Assembly: GCF_001194135.2 (NCBI RefSeq)
Contig: NC_068992.1
Span: 31,697,545 to 31,761,544, forward strand
Direction: 5' to 3'
From: Octopus bimaculoides
Lineage: Eukaryota
Length of the DNA stretch: 64,000 nt
In this document: positions 51,850-64,000 of the stretch, one piece after another
How positions within the stretch are numbered: position 1 is the first letter of the stretch
Layout: the number at the start of each line of letters is the position of its first letter
Notes under the pieces: generated by a model
The model's input: only the letters and a program-made list of their open reading frames with translations
Told to the model about the DNA's origin: nothing
Databases searched by the model: none
Position numbers and translations under genes: made by a program

Positions 51850-54401
51850 TGGTGTCACAATAAGAACACTGGTAATTGCGCAACATGACAATTGCTACCT
51901 CATATGGCTGACAATGAAAAAAACAAAATATTGTGAATAAAGGTGGTAATGAAACTGAAGCACTTGATGGTGACAATGTTACACCCGGCAGTCTGAGAGA
52001 TACTGGTCCAACTCCAGTCTGTCATTATCCAAAAAGGGTCCAGCACACATGACATGGATGGCACAAACGAATCAATTCTGTGTTCATGAAGTGTTACTAC
52101 TTGCGCAATCCTGTAGACGAAAATGGTGTTCATCTTAGGGGATACCCGTAACGTATGTATGATCAATAGAGAAAAAAAGGATTGTTTCGACTCGCGGAAC
52201 AGAGATTATGTGATCAAGTAGGAGCAATAAAAAAAAATATCGTTGTTTCACGGATGTAGAGCTCCAAGCTATCAAAAGACGGGTATTTGACAACAGCACC
52301 GGGGGAAACGATGAAAATACAGTTCCTACTGATAAAAGTAATCTCATCTCAGAAAGCAGAGGTAAAATCTTTAATAAATCACATGAAAGAAACGGTGAAA
52401 GCTCGCTCGATGGGAGACATAGAGATGGTTTGGAAGAAGACAGTAAAACTAATGGCGACATGACACATGGGCAAAAATCGATCTACGACAAAATAAAGAC
52501 AAGGCTACAGGAGAACGATAGCGACATTATTTGAAAACTTAAAGAAGTCAATCGGTGGAAATTGAACTAAGAAACGGAAAATGTCAATGAAATTCTGAAA
52601 TACATCAGAACAAAAAACATCACAGGTACAATTAATTTGTCAAGGCAGCAAGTATTGTCGTAACAGAAAGTGTGAGTGTTGATATCAAGAAAAAGAAATC
52701 AACTGGATGAAAAAAATTGGTAAATGTCATGCATGGATAGGTGCAAAGCACAACACCCTGTTAAATGCCGACCAAGTAATACCAGAGCAGTTGACAAGGA
52801 GCAGGACAATGCTGTGATTGGAAAACATCGGAAAATGCAAAACGGTATCCTGCTTGAAAATATTTTGGAAATTATTGACTGGAATAGTCGCAGAGTCAAT
52901 TTACGAACATCTGGAAAAAAATGGAGTCCTGCCACATGAGCAGAAAGATTGCATGTGTAAGTCCAAAAGTACCAACGATCAACTCTTGGTAGACGATAGG
53001 GATTTAGAGTTTGCAAGTGGAGGAAAACTAACTTAGCCATGTCATGGACAGATTATCGTAAGGCGTACGATATAATCCCACGTTCTTGGATTATGGAATG
53101 TATGAACCTGTTTGGTATTGCATCGAATGTTGAGCGATTGCTTGGAAAATGCATGGCGAAGTGGACGAGGGAACTTACAGCATATGGAAGAAGTTTATGG
53201 AAAATAGAATCCAAGAGATGCATCTTCCAAGGAGATTGTTTGTCCCCACTATTCTTTGTACTGTGTATGATACAACTGACAAAAACCTGAGGATATCGAA
53301 GACTGGGCATCTATTCAAGAGTCGTCAACAAAAAGTCAATCACTTCTTATTCATAGATGACCTCAACCGTTATGGTAAAAATGAATTCAAAGTCAATTGC
53401 CTCGTTGATACGGTGTATACTTCAATGGTGATATCAGAATGCATTTCGGATTGAAAATGTGTGATGTGTTAGTCTTGAAGTGAGGCAAAACCAAACGTAG
53501 AAACGGGTTAGCGATCCCGTCAGTGGGGATGATGTACAAGATAGAAGAAACGGACTGTAAGTACTTGAAAATATTTGGAAATGATAAATTGATGGAGAAA
53601 GAAATGGCATAAAAAGTTAAGGTAGTTTACTTGCGCAAACGGTCAATGTACTTAAATCGAAATTAAACGGACGGAATACGATTGAAGCTATCAACACCTG
53701 GGCGGTTTCATGCTTTAGATATGTAGCAAGAGTAACTGTATGGACAGCAGAGGAACGTAACAGCTTAGACAAAAAGACAAGAAAGTTTCTGACTAGATTA
53801 CTCAAGCCAAGAGTGATACAGACAGATTGCATGTACAAGAAAAAGATGGGCAGAGGATTGATTCGATGCGAACACATGATTAGAGCAAAGAAAACAACAT
53901 AGCATGGTATGTAAAAAATGTCACAGAACCACTATTGTTGCAAGCAAAAATGTCTGGCGTGTGTAGGATGGAAGATTGCACAGATAATGCCCTGTAAAAG
54001 CACTTGGGAATGACTGACACTGAAAATAGGTGGGTAAAGAAAAGAATGCATGGACTATTGAAAAAGAAAGCATACGATGCGGGATTATAGATATAGCATG
54101 CCCAGCTGGAGGAAAGAAAGTCGAACAATATGATAGGTTAGCGAGAGAGATGAAGCAGTTGTGTTCAATGAAAAGGTGGTAGAAGTAGCAATAATTGTCG
54201 GGGCCCTGGGAAAAATGAGTACAAATCTTGAGAAGCACATGGAACAAAAAGGGGCTGCAATATGGGTGGAGCACTTGCAGAAAACAGCACTCCTTAGAAC
54301 TGCTCGCATACTCCGGATGGTGCTCGAAAAATAAGAGGTGTTTCCTTAGTTCACTGGTAGTAGACAGCTTGCACCGTAGTACATCTCCAGCGTGAACAGA
54401 C

Positions 54402-54405
<4 letters not shown>
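51850..54405 (+). mobile_element. R4/Dong-clade non-LTR retrotransposon, decayed and internally deleted
   Basis: N-terminal MKCYYLRNP...RLAEQRLCDQ; RT WTDYRKAYDII, IFQGDCLSPLFFVLCM and VNHFLFIDDL; C-terminal IIVGALGK...LQKTALLRTARILRMVLEK*; (AAT)n tail from about 54405. Confidence 0.9.
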
Positions 54406-54471
<66 letters not shown>

Positions 54472-54509
54472 GGAGGAGGAGGAGGAAGAGCAGTAGTAGT
54501 AGTAGTAAT

Positions 54510-54790
54510 ACAGTTCTATATTTAAGAGATGAGGAATTATGTACATTATTTACCTTATTTACAATTGACGGATACTTGTCCTCATCTTGTTTATTCTTAA
54601 CACAACGTTTCGGCTGATATATCCTCCAGCCTTCACCAGGAGTATTGGGGGAAGTTTCGAGGTATTTTTTATGTTGTTGTTGTTGTTATCATTATTATTA
54701 TTATTATTATTCAGGTCACTGCCTGGAATCGAACTCGGAATCTTGGGGCTAGTAGCCCACGCTCTTAACCACTACGCCATATGCCCGTGG

Positions 54791-54791
<1 letters not shown>
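54510..54791 (-). mobile_element. One arm of the palindromic tRNA/Penelope-tail element
   Basis: Aligns to 15365-15760 and ends in CCATATGCCCGTGGG, which includes the palindrome centre. Confidence 0.85.
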
Positions 54792-54824
<33 letters not shown>

Positions 54825-54835
54825 ACTAATAATAA

Positions 54836-55672
54836 TAAAACGGAAAACAAAGGAGGAAGTAGAAAATGGATATAAAGAAGAATTACGCAAGAAGGGACTA
54901 CACAATCAATTTTATGTAGCAGCAACAGAAGTTGCTGGAAAAAATAGGCGGGGTTGACTGATGAGAAGGACCCTAAAAAGAAGACCGAAAGCACTATACT
55001 AGCAGCGCAGAACCAAGTTTGGCCACGAACTGGAGGTTCAGCCTTAGGAATGAGCTAGTGTCTCTGCTGTGTCGCATCTGCAAGGGACTGGGTGAAATCA
55101 TTGCACATATCACAAACAAATGCCCTAGTCTTGCCCAAAACAATTACAAGTTGCAGCGACACGACCAGGTAGCGAAAGTGTTATATTGGGGGCTAGAGAG
55201 AAGCAAGTCGTGGTATGAACACAGACCGCAGACAGTGGCAGAGTCGGAGAGTAGGAAAATCCTGTGGAATTTCCCAATCCAAACAGATCCGGTGCTAGTC
55301 CGGACCTAGTGGTACCCCACTTATGCTATATGTTGATGCTGCAGGCCCGTTTGACCCACGAATAGTCCGGGAGGAAGACGAAAAGATAGATAGACACAAC
55401 CCCCTTAAGTACGAAATAGCCAGGCTATGGAAAATGAAGTAGGTGAAGATAGCGCTGATTATTGGGTCATTGAAAACTGTATCAGAAGTAATGAAGAAGA
55501 ATGTAAAGGGAATAGGAATAGAGTGCCCAGTAGAACTGTTACAAAACGTTTGCCTCCTTGGAACGGCTAGAATAATCAGGAATGTATTAGAGAGCTGAAA
55601 AAACGGATACCATGGTACCGTAAACTGCATGTAATAAGTCCGTTAAGCATGTACGACTCCAGATAGAGAGAT

Positions 55673-55680
<8 letters not shown>
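54836..55680 (+). mobile_element. 5'-truncated R4/Dong LINE (zinc finger and restriction-like endonuclease region)
   Basis: KKKTESTILAAQNQ, CRICKGLGEIIAHITNKC, RHDQVAKVLYW, KILWNFPIQTD, YVDAAGPFD-like motif and CLLGTARIIRNVLES*; flanked by (AAT)n on both sides. Confidence 0.9.
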
Positions 55681-55714
<34 letters not shown>

Positions 55715-55717
<3 letters not shown>

Positions 55718-55804
55718 TAATTCGTTTTATTGGCTACAAGGGCTAATATCAATTAAAAACATATAAGGACAAAGACAGGACGAAGGTTACAAAAGGTTTT
55801 GTCC
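55715..55804 (-). mobile_element. Short 3'-end copy of the LINE-type UTR at 51330-51418
   Basis: Identical except GGCTAC versus GGCCAC; embedded in (AAT)n. Confidence 0.75.
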
Positions 55805-55843
<39 letters not shown>

Positions 55844-56757
55844 NNNNNNNNNNNNNNNNNNNNNNNNNNNNNNNNNNNNNNNNNNNNNNNNNNNNNNNNN
55901 NNNNNNNNNNNNNNNNNNNNNNNNNNNNNNNNNNNNNNNNNNNNNNNNNNNNNNNNNNNNNNNNNNNNNNNNNNNNNNNNNNNNNNNNNNNNNNNNNNNN
56001 NNNNNNNNNNNNNNNNNNNNNNNNNNNNNNNNNNNNNNNNNNNNNNNNNNNNNNNNNNNNNNNNNNNNNNNNNNNNNNNNNNNNNNNNNNNNNNNNNNNN
56101 NNNNNNNNNNNNNNNNNNNNNNNNNNNNNNNNNNNNNNNNNNNNNNNNNNNNNNNNNNNNNNNNNNNNNNNNNNNNNNNNNNNNNNNNNNNNNNNNNNNN
56201 NNNNNNNNNNNNNNNNNNNNNNNNNNNNNNNNNNNNNNNNNNNNNNNNNNNNNNNNNNNNNNNNNNNNNNNNNNNNNNNNNNNNNNNNNNNNNNNNNNNN
56301 NNNNNNNNNNNNNNNNNNNNNNNNNNNNNNNNNNNNNNNNNNNNNNNNNNNNNNNNNNNNNNNNNNNNNNNNNNNNNNNNNNNNNNNNNNNNNNNNNNNN
56401 NNNNNNNNNNNNNNNNNNNNNNNNNNNNNNNNNNNNNNNNNNNNNNNNNNNNNNNNNNNNNNNNNNNNNNNNNNNNNNNNNNNNNNNNNNNNNNNNNNNN
56501 NNNNNNNNNNNNNNNNNNNNNNNNNNNNNNNNNNNNNNNNNNNNNNNNNNNNNNNNNNNNNNNNNNNNNNNNNNNNNNNNNNNNNNNNNNNNNNNNNNNN
56601 NNNNNNNNNNNNNNNNNNNNNNNNNNNNNNNNNNNNNNNNNNNNNNNNNNNNNNNNNNNNNNNNNNNNNNNNNNNNNNNNNNNNNNNNNNNNNNNNNNNN
56701 NNNNNNNNNNNNNNNNNNNNNNNNNNNNNNNNNNNNNNNNNNNNNNNNNNNNNNNNC

Positions 56758-56795
<38 letters not shown>

Positions 56796-57149
56796 AAATA
56801 TATTTATATGTGTGGGGTGGGGTGTCTGCAGTAGTGGTTTTGCGAATGAATGTATAGTCGTATTTTAACTGATATACAATTCTCGTTTTTCAGAAAAACA
56901 GGAACACACAAGCAACATGAATATAACCTTTTTGGCAGATAATAACATCATAAATGAATTTATGTGTCTATTCATTATTTCTGCCTCCAATAAAATAATC
57001 ATTCTTTCACACGCAATCTATTTGATAACATTTAATATCTCCAAATATTTGAATTTAGACATGTTACGCGTTTTTCTCCTCATTTTCTCTTCATGATTTT
57101 TTCTAGACACCTGTCACTAATCAGTAATTCCATCACATTAACTTCATTA

Positions 57150-57420
57150 GCCACCTTCTTCTTCATCTTCTTCTTCTTCTTCTTCTTCTTCTTCTTCTTC
57201 TTCTTCTTCTTCTTCTTCTTCTGCTTCCTTTTCTCAATCTTCCTCCTCCACCTCCTCTTCCTTCTTCTTCTCTTCCTTCATTTTCTCCCTTCTCCTCCAC
57301 CTCCTCTTCCTTCTTCTACTCCTTCCTTTTCTCTCTTCTCCTCCTCCCCATCTTCCTTCTTCTCCTTCCTTTTCTTCCTTTCTTTTTCCGATACTTTTCT
57401 TCCCCTCACCACTTCCTCTT
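57150..57420. repeat. (TTC)n and CT-rich low-complexity tract
   Basis: Direct reading; it produces the spurious poly-F ORF 57093-57569. Confidence 0.95.
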
Positions 57421-59239
57421 TTTCTACTGACTCCCGTAATTTTTCTTATATCGTATATTCCCTCTTAACCTTGTTTTTCATCGTCTTGATTTTCAATTCT
57501 GCAATCAATATTATCAACATCATGACGTATCTATCACAACATTGCAAATATTACGAATATAGGTACTGACTTTATTTACAGGAATTCATGGAACATATAA
57601 GTTTTTCGAAGTGTTGTAAATCGTAGGTCATATCTGGGTGTAATTACGTTACAAAAACAGTGTATTAATGACCTAAATATAAAGGAATGTACATCAATTT
57701 CGAATGTTCCCGTTGAAATATTTATAACAACAGAAAATATCCTTACAGGTAAAAATGTGTAGATTCTGGAATATGTCATGGATTCGTTCGTTGCTAGAAA
57801 TAAATGGTGGATATACTTGTTTTCAGTTGTCGACACTTCAATGTGCATGGCTGGAGAATGGAATAGAATTCCTTTTTCTAATCATGTGGCATATTCTTAA
57901 GCATTCTGTGGTGGTTACTTTCTCAAGACAACACCTCTCTTGTTTACCAGAATCTTCCCCATAATTCCACTTATAATTTGTCAGTGAACACAACGTTACA
58001 TCAGCTGCTCTTTATTGTACAGCATGAACACCGCGTGGCTTGAACTATCAACATCTACACAGCATCTTGGGTGTATTCAATTATCTCACTCTTTCTCTTA
58101 GAGCTGTTCAGATCGACGCTTCCCAATCATTGCACCATCACGTAACTCTGGTTCATGTATGCCCGTGAGACAAACATATCGATATAGATGTTTGAAAGTC
58201 TATGAGGATTACTTAATGCAACTGTAAAATGTGATTTCTTAAATTATTGTTTTTTTTTAAATGCTATGAAATCTTTTATGGGGAGGTTACTAAACATTTT
58301 GGGGGAAGAAGAGTTTTTCACGTATGTGAGCGCTTTCGTTACGTCTTTTTAAACATACGTGCTCTTAATTATTTTCGTGTTAGTGGTAGAATTATTTCTA
58401 GTTTATTTTTGAACTTTTGTTTTGGTCATAAATATACTTTCACCATTGTTTATTATATGGAGTGGTGACTTTAGAATTCTTATAAAGTGGTGACTTAGAA
58501 TTAATATAAAGTATTCATCTCTTGCCTTTTGTAGTTGGACATATTTATCGTTTAATTTGTAAAATGAGAATACTTTAAATTTCCATTTGCACAAATATAT
58601 AGATATTCACTGCGTGGGACATTCCTAAGAGATGAAACCCTAAATTGTTGTTTATACACATTTACACGGTTAGTCAGTTTCCGTCATGTCCCCTCCATGT
58701 AGATTTCATTACATTGTGGGCATGTGATGCAGTTGATGAGGGTTTTTTTTTTTTTTGAAATTCGTGTTTCCATTCACTTTTCATTCCTTCCCAATCTTGG
58801 GTCTTTGGTTTTCCCTTGCTTAATAAAGTTGCGTTTCCCACAACGGGGATCTCCACAGTTGGTTCCTAGCATCGTTTCTTTTCCAAATGTGAATCACTTG
58901 AGGTTAGGTGTTTGTCTTCGACTGTTTATAATTCGTGATCTTTTAACTATTCGTTGGAGACCTGGTGATAGACATATAATTGGGATGTATCGTTTGGCTG
59001 AGTGGAGAATGTTGTTTCTAGGATTGTGGGTGACTACAAAAGAAATATGTTTTTCTTATTTTCATTTTCACACCTAGCTAAAATATACACCCAGCTAAAT
59101 TAAACACCCTACTTACATTCTTTTGTAAACCCTTACAAAATTCCATTGCACAATTTTGACGCACGGAATTGCTAAGATTTGAACTAGTGGACTAAACATT
59201 GAACCTTTGACATTTACATTGTTATAGCAAATGACTAAA

Positions 59240-59500
59240 TCCATTAAAGTGAAAAAGAACTATAACTACTCGCCATCCTAGATATACCTACATCCTTTCC
59301 GTGAACAGCTAAAAGCAATGGGATGATCTGAAATATACACACCGACTTGCAAATTTCTACATACGTGAATAAATTCAAAACCATGATATAACCCCAAATT
59401 ACATCAAAAAATATTTCCCCAAAACTCAACTCTGTCATAACCGAGACTACGAACTAATTATCATTCCACACAAGCCACTGTACTAAAGGAAGGTTTTAAC
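59240..59500 (+). mobile_element. Possible CR1/L2-type LINE C-terminal relic
   Basis: Frameshifted HPFREQLK...LANFY...ITPNYIKKYF...CHNRDY loosely resembles the L2/CR1 ORF2 end. Confidence 0.35.
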
Positions 59501-59609
59501 TCAACAGACTATACAGGCAAGATGAACTTTAGTGTCTCGCAGTCCGACGATACCTTAGCTGGTTCAAACTTCAAAATCACTGTCAATAATATTCTTGTTT
59601 ATATATATC

Positions 59610-59678
<69 letters not shown>

Positions 59679-60442
59679 NNNNNNNNNNNNNNNNNNNNNN
59701 NNNNNNNNNNNNNNNNNNNNNNNNNNNNNNNNNNNNNNNNNNNNNNNNNNNNNNNNNNNNNNNNNNNNNNNNNNNNNNNNNNNNNNNNNNNNNNNNNNNN
59801 NNNNNNNNNNNNNNNNNNNNNNNNNNNNNNNNNNNNNNNNNNNNNNNNNNNNNNNNNNNNNNNNNNNNNNNNNNNNNNNNNNNNNNNNNNNNNNNNNNNN
59901 NNNNNNNNNNNNNNNNNNNNNNNNNNNNNNNNNNNNNNNNNNNNNNNNNNNNNNNNNNNNNNNNNNNNNNNNNNNNNNNNNNNNNNNNNNNNNNNNNNNN
60001 NNNNNNNNNNNNNNNNNNNNNNNNNNNNNNNNNNNNNNNNNNNNNNNNNNNNNNNNNNNNNNNNNNNNNNNNNNNNNNNNNNNNNNNNNNNNNNNNNNNN
60101 NNNNNNNNNNNNNNNNNNNNNNNNNNNNNNNNNNNNNNNNNNNNNNNNNNNNNNNNNNNNNNNNNNNNNNNNNNNNNNNNNNNNNNNNNNNNNNNNNNNN
60201 NNNNNNNNNNNNNNNNNNNNNNNNNNNNNNNNNNNNNNNNNNNNNNNNNNNNNNNNNNNNNNNNNNNNNNNNNNNNNNNNNNNNNNNNNNNNNNNNNNNN
60301 NNNNNNNNNNNNNNNNNNNNNNNNNNNNNNNNNNNNNNNNNNNNNNNNNNNNNNNNNNNNNNNNNNNNNNNNNNNNNNNNNNNNNNNNNNNNNNNNNNNN
60401 NNNNNNNNNNNNNNNNNNNNNNNNNNNNNNNNNNNNNNNNNN

Positions 60443-60476
<34 letters not shown>

Positions 60477-60769
60477 GTATTATAATGCAGTTGTTGTTAG
60501 TAACATGTAAATCTCAGATTGTAAAATACTTATCCATAAAAAATCGCTAAGGAATGGCCATGAGACACGATCCGACAATTTCTGATAAAGAATGGTCTGT
60601 GTTTTTCTGTTCAAAAGCGTTTTGTAAACAATTTTTATTCGCTATCATCTATAGCAAAAGAAAAAAAGTTTTCACGTTCTCTCACCACTTTGTAAATATG
60701 TATGACGTCTAGAATATGTATTGTTGTGTGTTTTCTTGCGTGTCGTTGTGTAATACTATCTCGCCCTAA

Positions 60770-60945
60770 CCGCTTGACATCCGGTATTTGTTCTTATATC
60801 ACCATAAGTTACAGGTTCGGCAAAAGTGACCAATAAAATAGTTACCAGGCTTCACAAATCTGTGTACTAGGCGTCGATTTCTTTGATTAAACACTTCAAA
60901 GCAGAACACCTCAACGCGTTTCCGCAGTCTAATGACTGAAATACG
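60770..60945 (+). mobile_element. Older SINE copy (12505 family)
   Basis: CCGCTTGACATCCGG...GGTTCGGCAAAAGTGACC...CCGCAGTCTAATGACTGAAA. Confidence 0.65.
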
Positions 60946-62679
60946 TAGATGTATATATGTATGTATATGTGTTCATATATATATATATATATANNNNNNN
61001 NNNNNNNNNNNNNNNTATATGTTTATACATGCATGCATGAATATAGTCATATAGATAAATGTGTCCTGTATTAATATACATACAAACACGCACACACACC
61101 CACAGAAACAGGCATGCAAACACACATATACTTCATTGTTGTATAGTGAAGGCTAAACTGTTGTCGGTACCGCAGCCGGCGCTGCAATGCTCACTAACAA
61201 GCTTGCATGTGTTACATAGTTTTCTACCAACATCCTAAGCAACGACCGATTTGTCTTACTTTTGGAATCAGTCTTGATTTGGAGATTCTGGATAGAATTT
61301 TACCTACTGCCTAGCCTTTTCTCCACAATTTCCTTATTTAATAGTCGTTATTGTGTTCAAAATTCTTAGATTTACACGAGTACACTCATGAAATATGAAA
61401 GTTTTCACGCATGGCGTAGTTGAACCATTTACGTTCACGTGTACTTCTGGATTTCCGAACCACGGGTAAATAAGTGCTACTCACTGACATTCATTTTTAC
61501 TTGATGTGTGTAGCTTTATAGAAGCGTAATTCAGGCGTCTCCTTCCACAGATGTCCGTTCTCCGGAGTTCTTTATGCACCAAAGGATTTTCTGGAAGTGG
61601 CATGTGATTCTGATATATATTGCAATGTTCTTCTTAAGATGCATTACAATTTGAAGTGGGAATTCTGACAAATATCGGATGATTTTTCGAAATATTCTAA
61701 TGTAAAATTACTGTTAATATGTCGAGAATTCCTCCGTGTAGCATGATAAGCTATATTAGCTCCTAGTCATATTATGGGATCAGAAGCTATTTTGAAGATA
61801 TGCATGCGATATCCTCGTAACAGAACATTTTTTATAATTACAGCCTTTTCCATGGTACGTGAGTATTTAATAATATGCGGGGTAAGCCTTGTTAGCCCAG
61901 ATTAGCGAGCTACTTAAACTATTTATCAATGGCAAACATCTCGTTAAATAGTAAAATCAAGACAGAATCTAAGAAATAGAGTAGATGCTATTAGATAAGG
62001 GAAATATATTGTAATTTGACAGAAGATAGAATACTAGATAAACAAGTGGTTGAACATTGTATGATGCATTCTACTTGAATAATTATTCGATTTATAGTGT
62101 GAAGTTTCAGATGTCTTACATGAATCCTTCATTTGAAAAGGAAGAAACTATAGATATTCAATGTATGATAAAGATAGGCAAAGTTGTTATAGTTTTGGTC
62201 ATTGACTCGTATCAGAAGTCGGAATATAGTCCTTCTTTCCAAGGGTAACGAATAGAGTAATATATACTTTTAGAAAACTTTTATTCATAAAACTGTTGGA
62301 AACCATGGATTGTGATTCTAACTGCACCTTCGAAAACAATTGTCCCCGAGAGACTAAAAACTTCGTAAAGCGTTAATTTTGCAACTAAAATATGTGATGG
62401 GTAACCAGACATAAACTTTAAACTCTGCGCTTCACAACTCATTCTTTAATATCTGTAAAACGAAAAGGTTATAATATCTATGAGATCAAAAATATTAAAA
62501 AGACTGAGTAAACGGACACAACAGTTTAGTCCTATGGAAGACATTAGAGCAAAAATGATATTAGGCAATTCAGAGATCGTGAGTAACTATAATGCTTATG
62601 AAAGAAGGTCTGAACATAGGGGATTGGCCAACAATAGGTGATGCATGCCAATGCAGAGGTCGATGTATACACCCCCCTG

Positions 62680-62711
<32 letters not shown>

Positions 62712-62945
62712 TGTATGTATGTATGTATGTGTATATATATATANNNNNNNNNNNNNNNNNNNNNNNNNNNNNNNNNNNNNNNNNNNNNNNNNNNNNNNNN
62801 NNNNNNNNNNNNNNNNNNNNNNNNNNNNNNNNNNNNNNNNNNNNNNNNNNNNNNNNNNNNNNNNNNNNNNNNNNNNNNNNNNNNNNNNNNNNNNNNNNNN
62901 NNNNNNNNNNNNNNNNNNNNNNNNNNNNNNNNNNNNNNNNNNNNN

Positions 62946-62980
<35 letters not shown>

Positions 62981-63059
62981 TAGATAGATAGATAGATAGA
63001 TACACGCATGTGTGGGTAAAGCAGATATAATATAAGAAAGATTCAAAACAGATTGTGTG

Positions 63060-64000
63060 ACTATAGGAGATCACCTTTAAACTTGGTGCTAAAAATATTT
63101 ACAACTAATGGACACAGCTACGGGATGACATTTGCACTCTCATACGCTATTTTCATATGGCTTTTTTAGAAGAAAAACTGTAGACGGAGTATAGAAAATT
63201 TCTGACCAAAATTTTAACAAACGTATCATTAAACAGTTAAAATGCTTTAATCAAAAAATGATCTACAAGTATTCAATGAAATTTTGAACACCCTTCACAC
63301 GTTTATCAAATTCACGACAGAAACCAGTTATAATGATATAATATTCTTAGTTGTTCACGTAAACATACGGGATACCTCAGTAACAGTGGATGTATTTTAC
63401 AAAATGGGACGCATCCATTTTTTAAAATTCTACGCTTGTCATCCCTCACACATTAAATGGAACACTCCATACAGTATGGCAAGGTGTATCAATGGAATTG
63501 CAGTAGATCCGAAAAGATATCAAATTCGACTCAGATGCTTCCTAAATAAACAATAGCAAACGTTAAAATGAGTTAAGTAATAGATTTATAAAGACTATAG
63601 CTCTGAACACCATGTACCTGAAGACATCTAAGAAGCATATTAGAGAAAATACTATTTCACCTATCAATACACATATTCCAGGAGTGATCTATACATTTTT
63701 CACACTATAAAAATACCCTAAAAAACACTTACAAAGCCCCAAAATCAAAACAAATATGTTTGATGAAAGCCTTGTAGGAAACAGTAAACGTCAGGCAAAA
63801 AAATATATAAACATCACAAGAGAACAAAATTGAACACCAGAGGATAATTCAATATTCTCTTTGAAGGACTACGGAGATAACAGATGTGGAATATGTAACA
63901 ACAACAATTATGGAACACTGGTTCCCATTCCAAGCTTAGAAGTGGATTTTCGTTCCAGGTAAATGCAAATGTGAACTGAAAGACACAGAATATCATACAC
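63060..64000 (+). mobile_element. Penelope-like element: RT and thumb relic running off the window end
   Basis: LNTLHTFIKFTTE...IIFLVV...VDVFYK...FYACHPSHIKWNTPYSMAR (PLE thumb), upstream DTATG.TFA.SYA and downstream RCGIC linker. Confidence 0.85.

Noticed and set aside
51330-55804. 90-bp direct repeats (51330-51418 and 55715-55804) as LTRs or a giant target-site duplication around the Dong elements
   Set aside because: Each is a minus-strand 3' end with AATAAA and a (TTA)n tail, there are no TG...CA ends, and the enclosed elements are non-LTR. Independent insertions explain them better.
1885-63074. Dozens of long ORFs made of X runs or YI/CV/TH/ER/SL dipeptides
   Set aside because: They span N-gaps or dinucleotide microsatellites that lack stop codons, so they are not evidence of genes.

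Overview
AT-rich, gap-riddled eukaryotic genomic DNA, mostly intronic or intergenic. The tRNA-derived SINE families and the (TA)n/(GT)n tracts flanking N-gaps suggest an octopus (inference). No complete host gene is recognisable, and most ORFs in the track are microsatellite or N-gap artefacts. The window is dominated by decayed transposons: Penelope-like elements, four Tc1/mariner relics, Tx1-clade LINEs, two R4/Dong LINEs, an RTE tail, a Gypsy relic and many SINEs. The main observations are: (1) two Tx1-like retroelements, one encoding ORF1 only, stacked at the same 10-bp site GGTTTTCGAA inside the terminal inverted repeat of a pogo/Tigger-like MITE (47387-50814); (2) a pri-miRNA-shaped hairpin (10342-10424); (3) a palindromic tRNA-headed element with hammerhead-ribozyme-like tails (15365-16018); (4) a 3' tail shared between SINEs and Tx1 LINEs. 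All alignments and translations were done by eye, and boundaries are approximate unless a motif is quoted.
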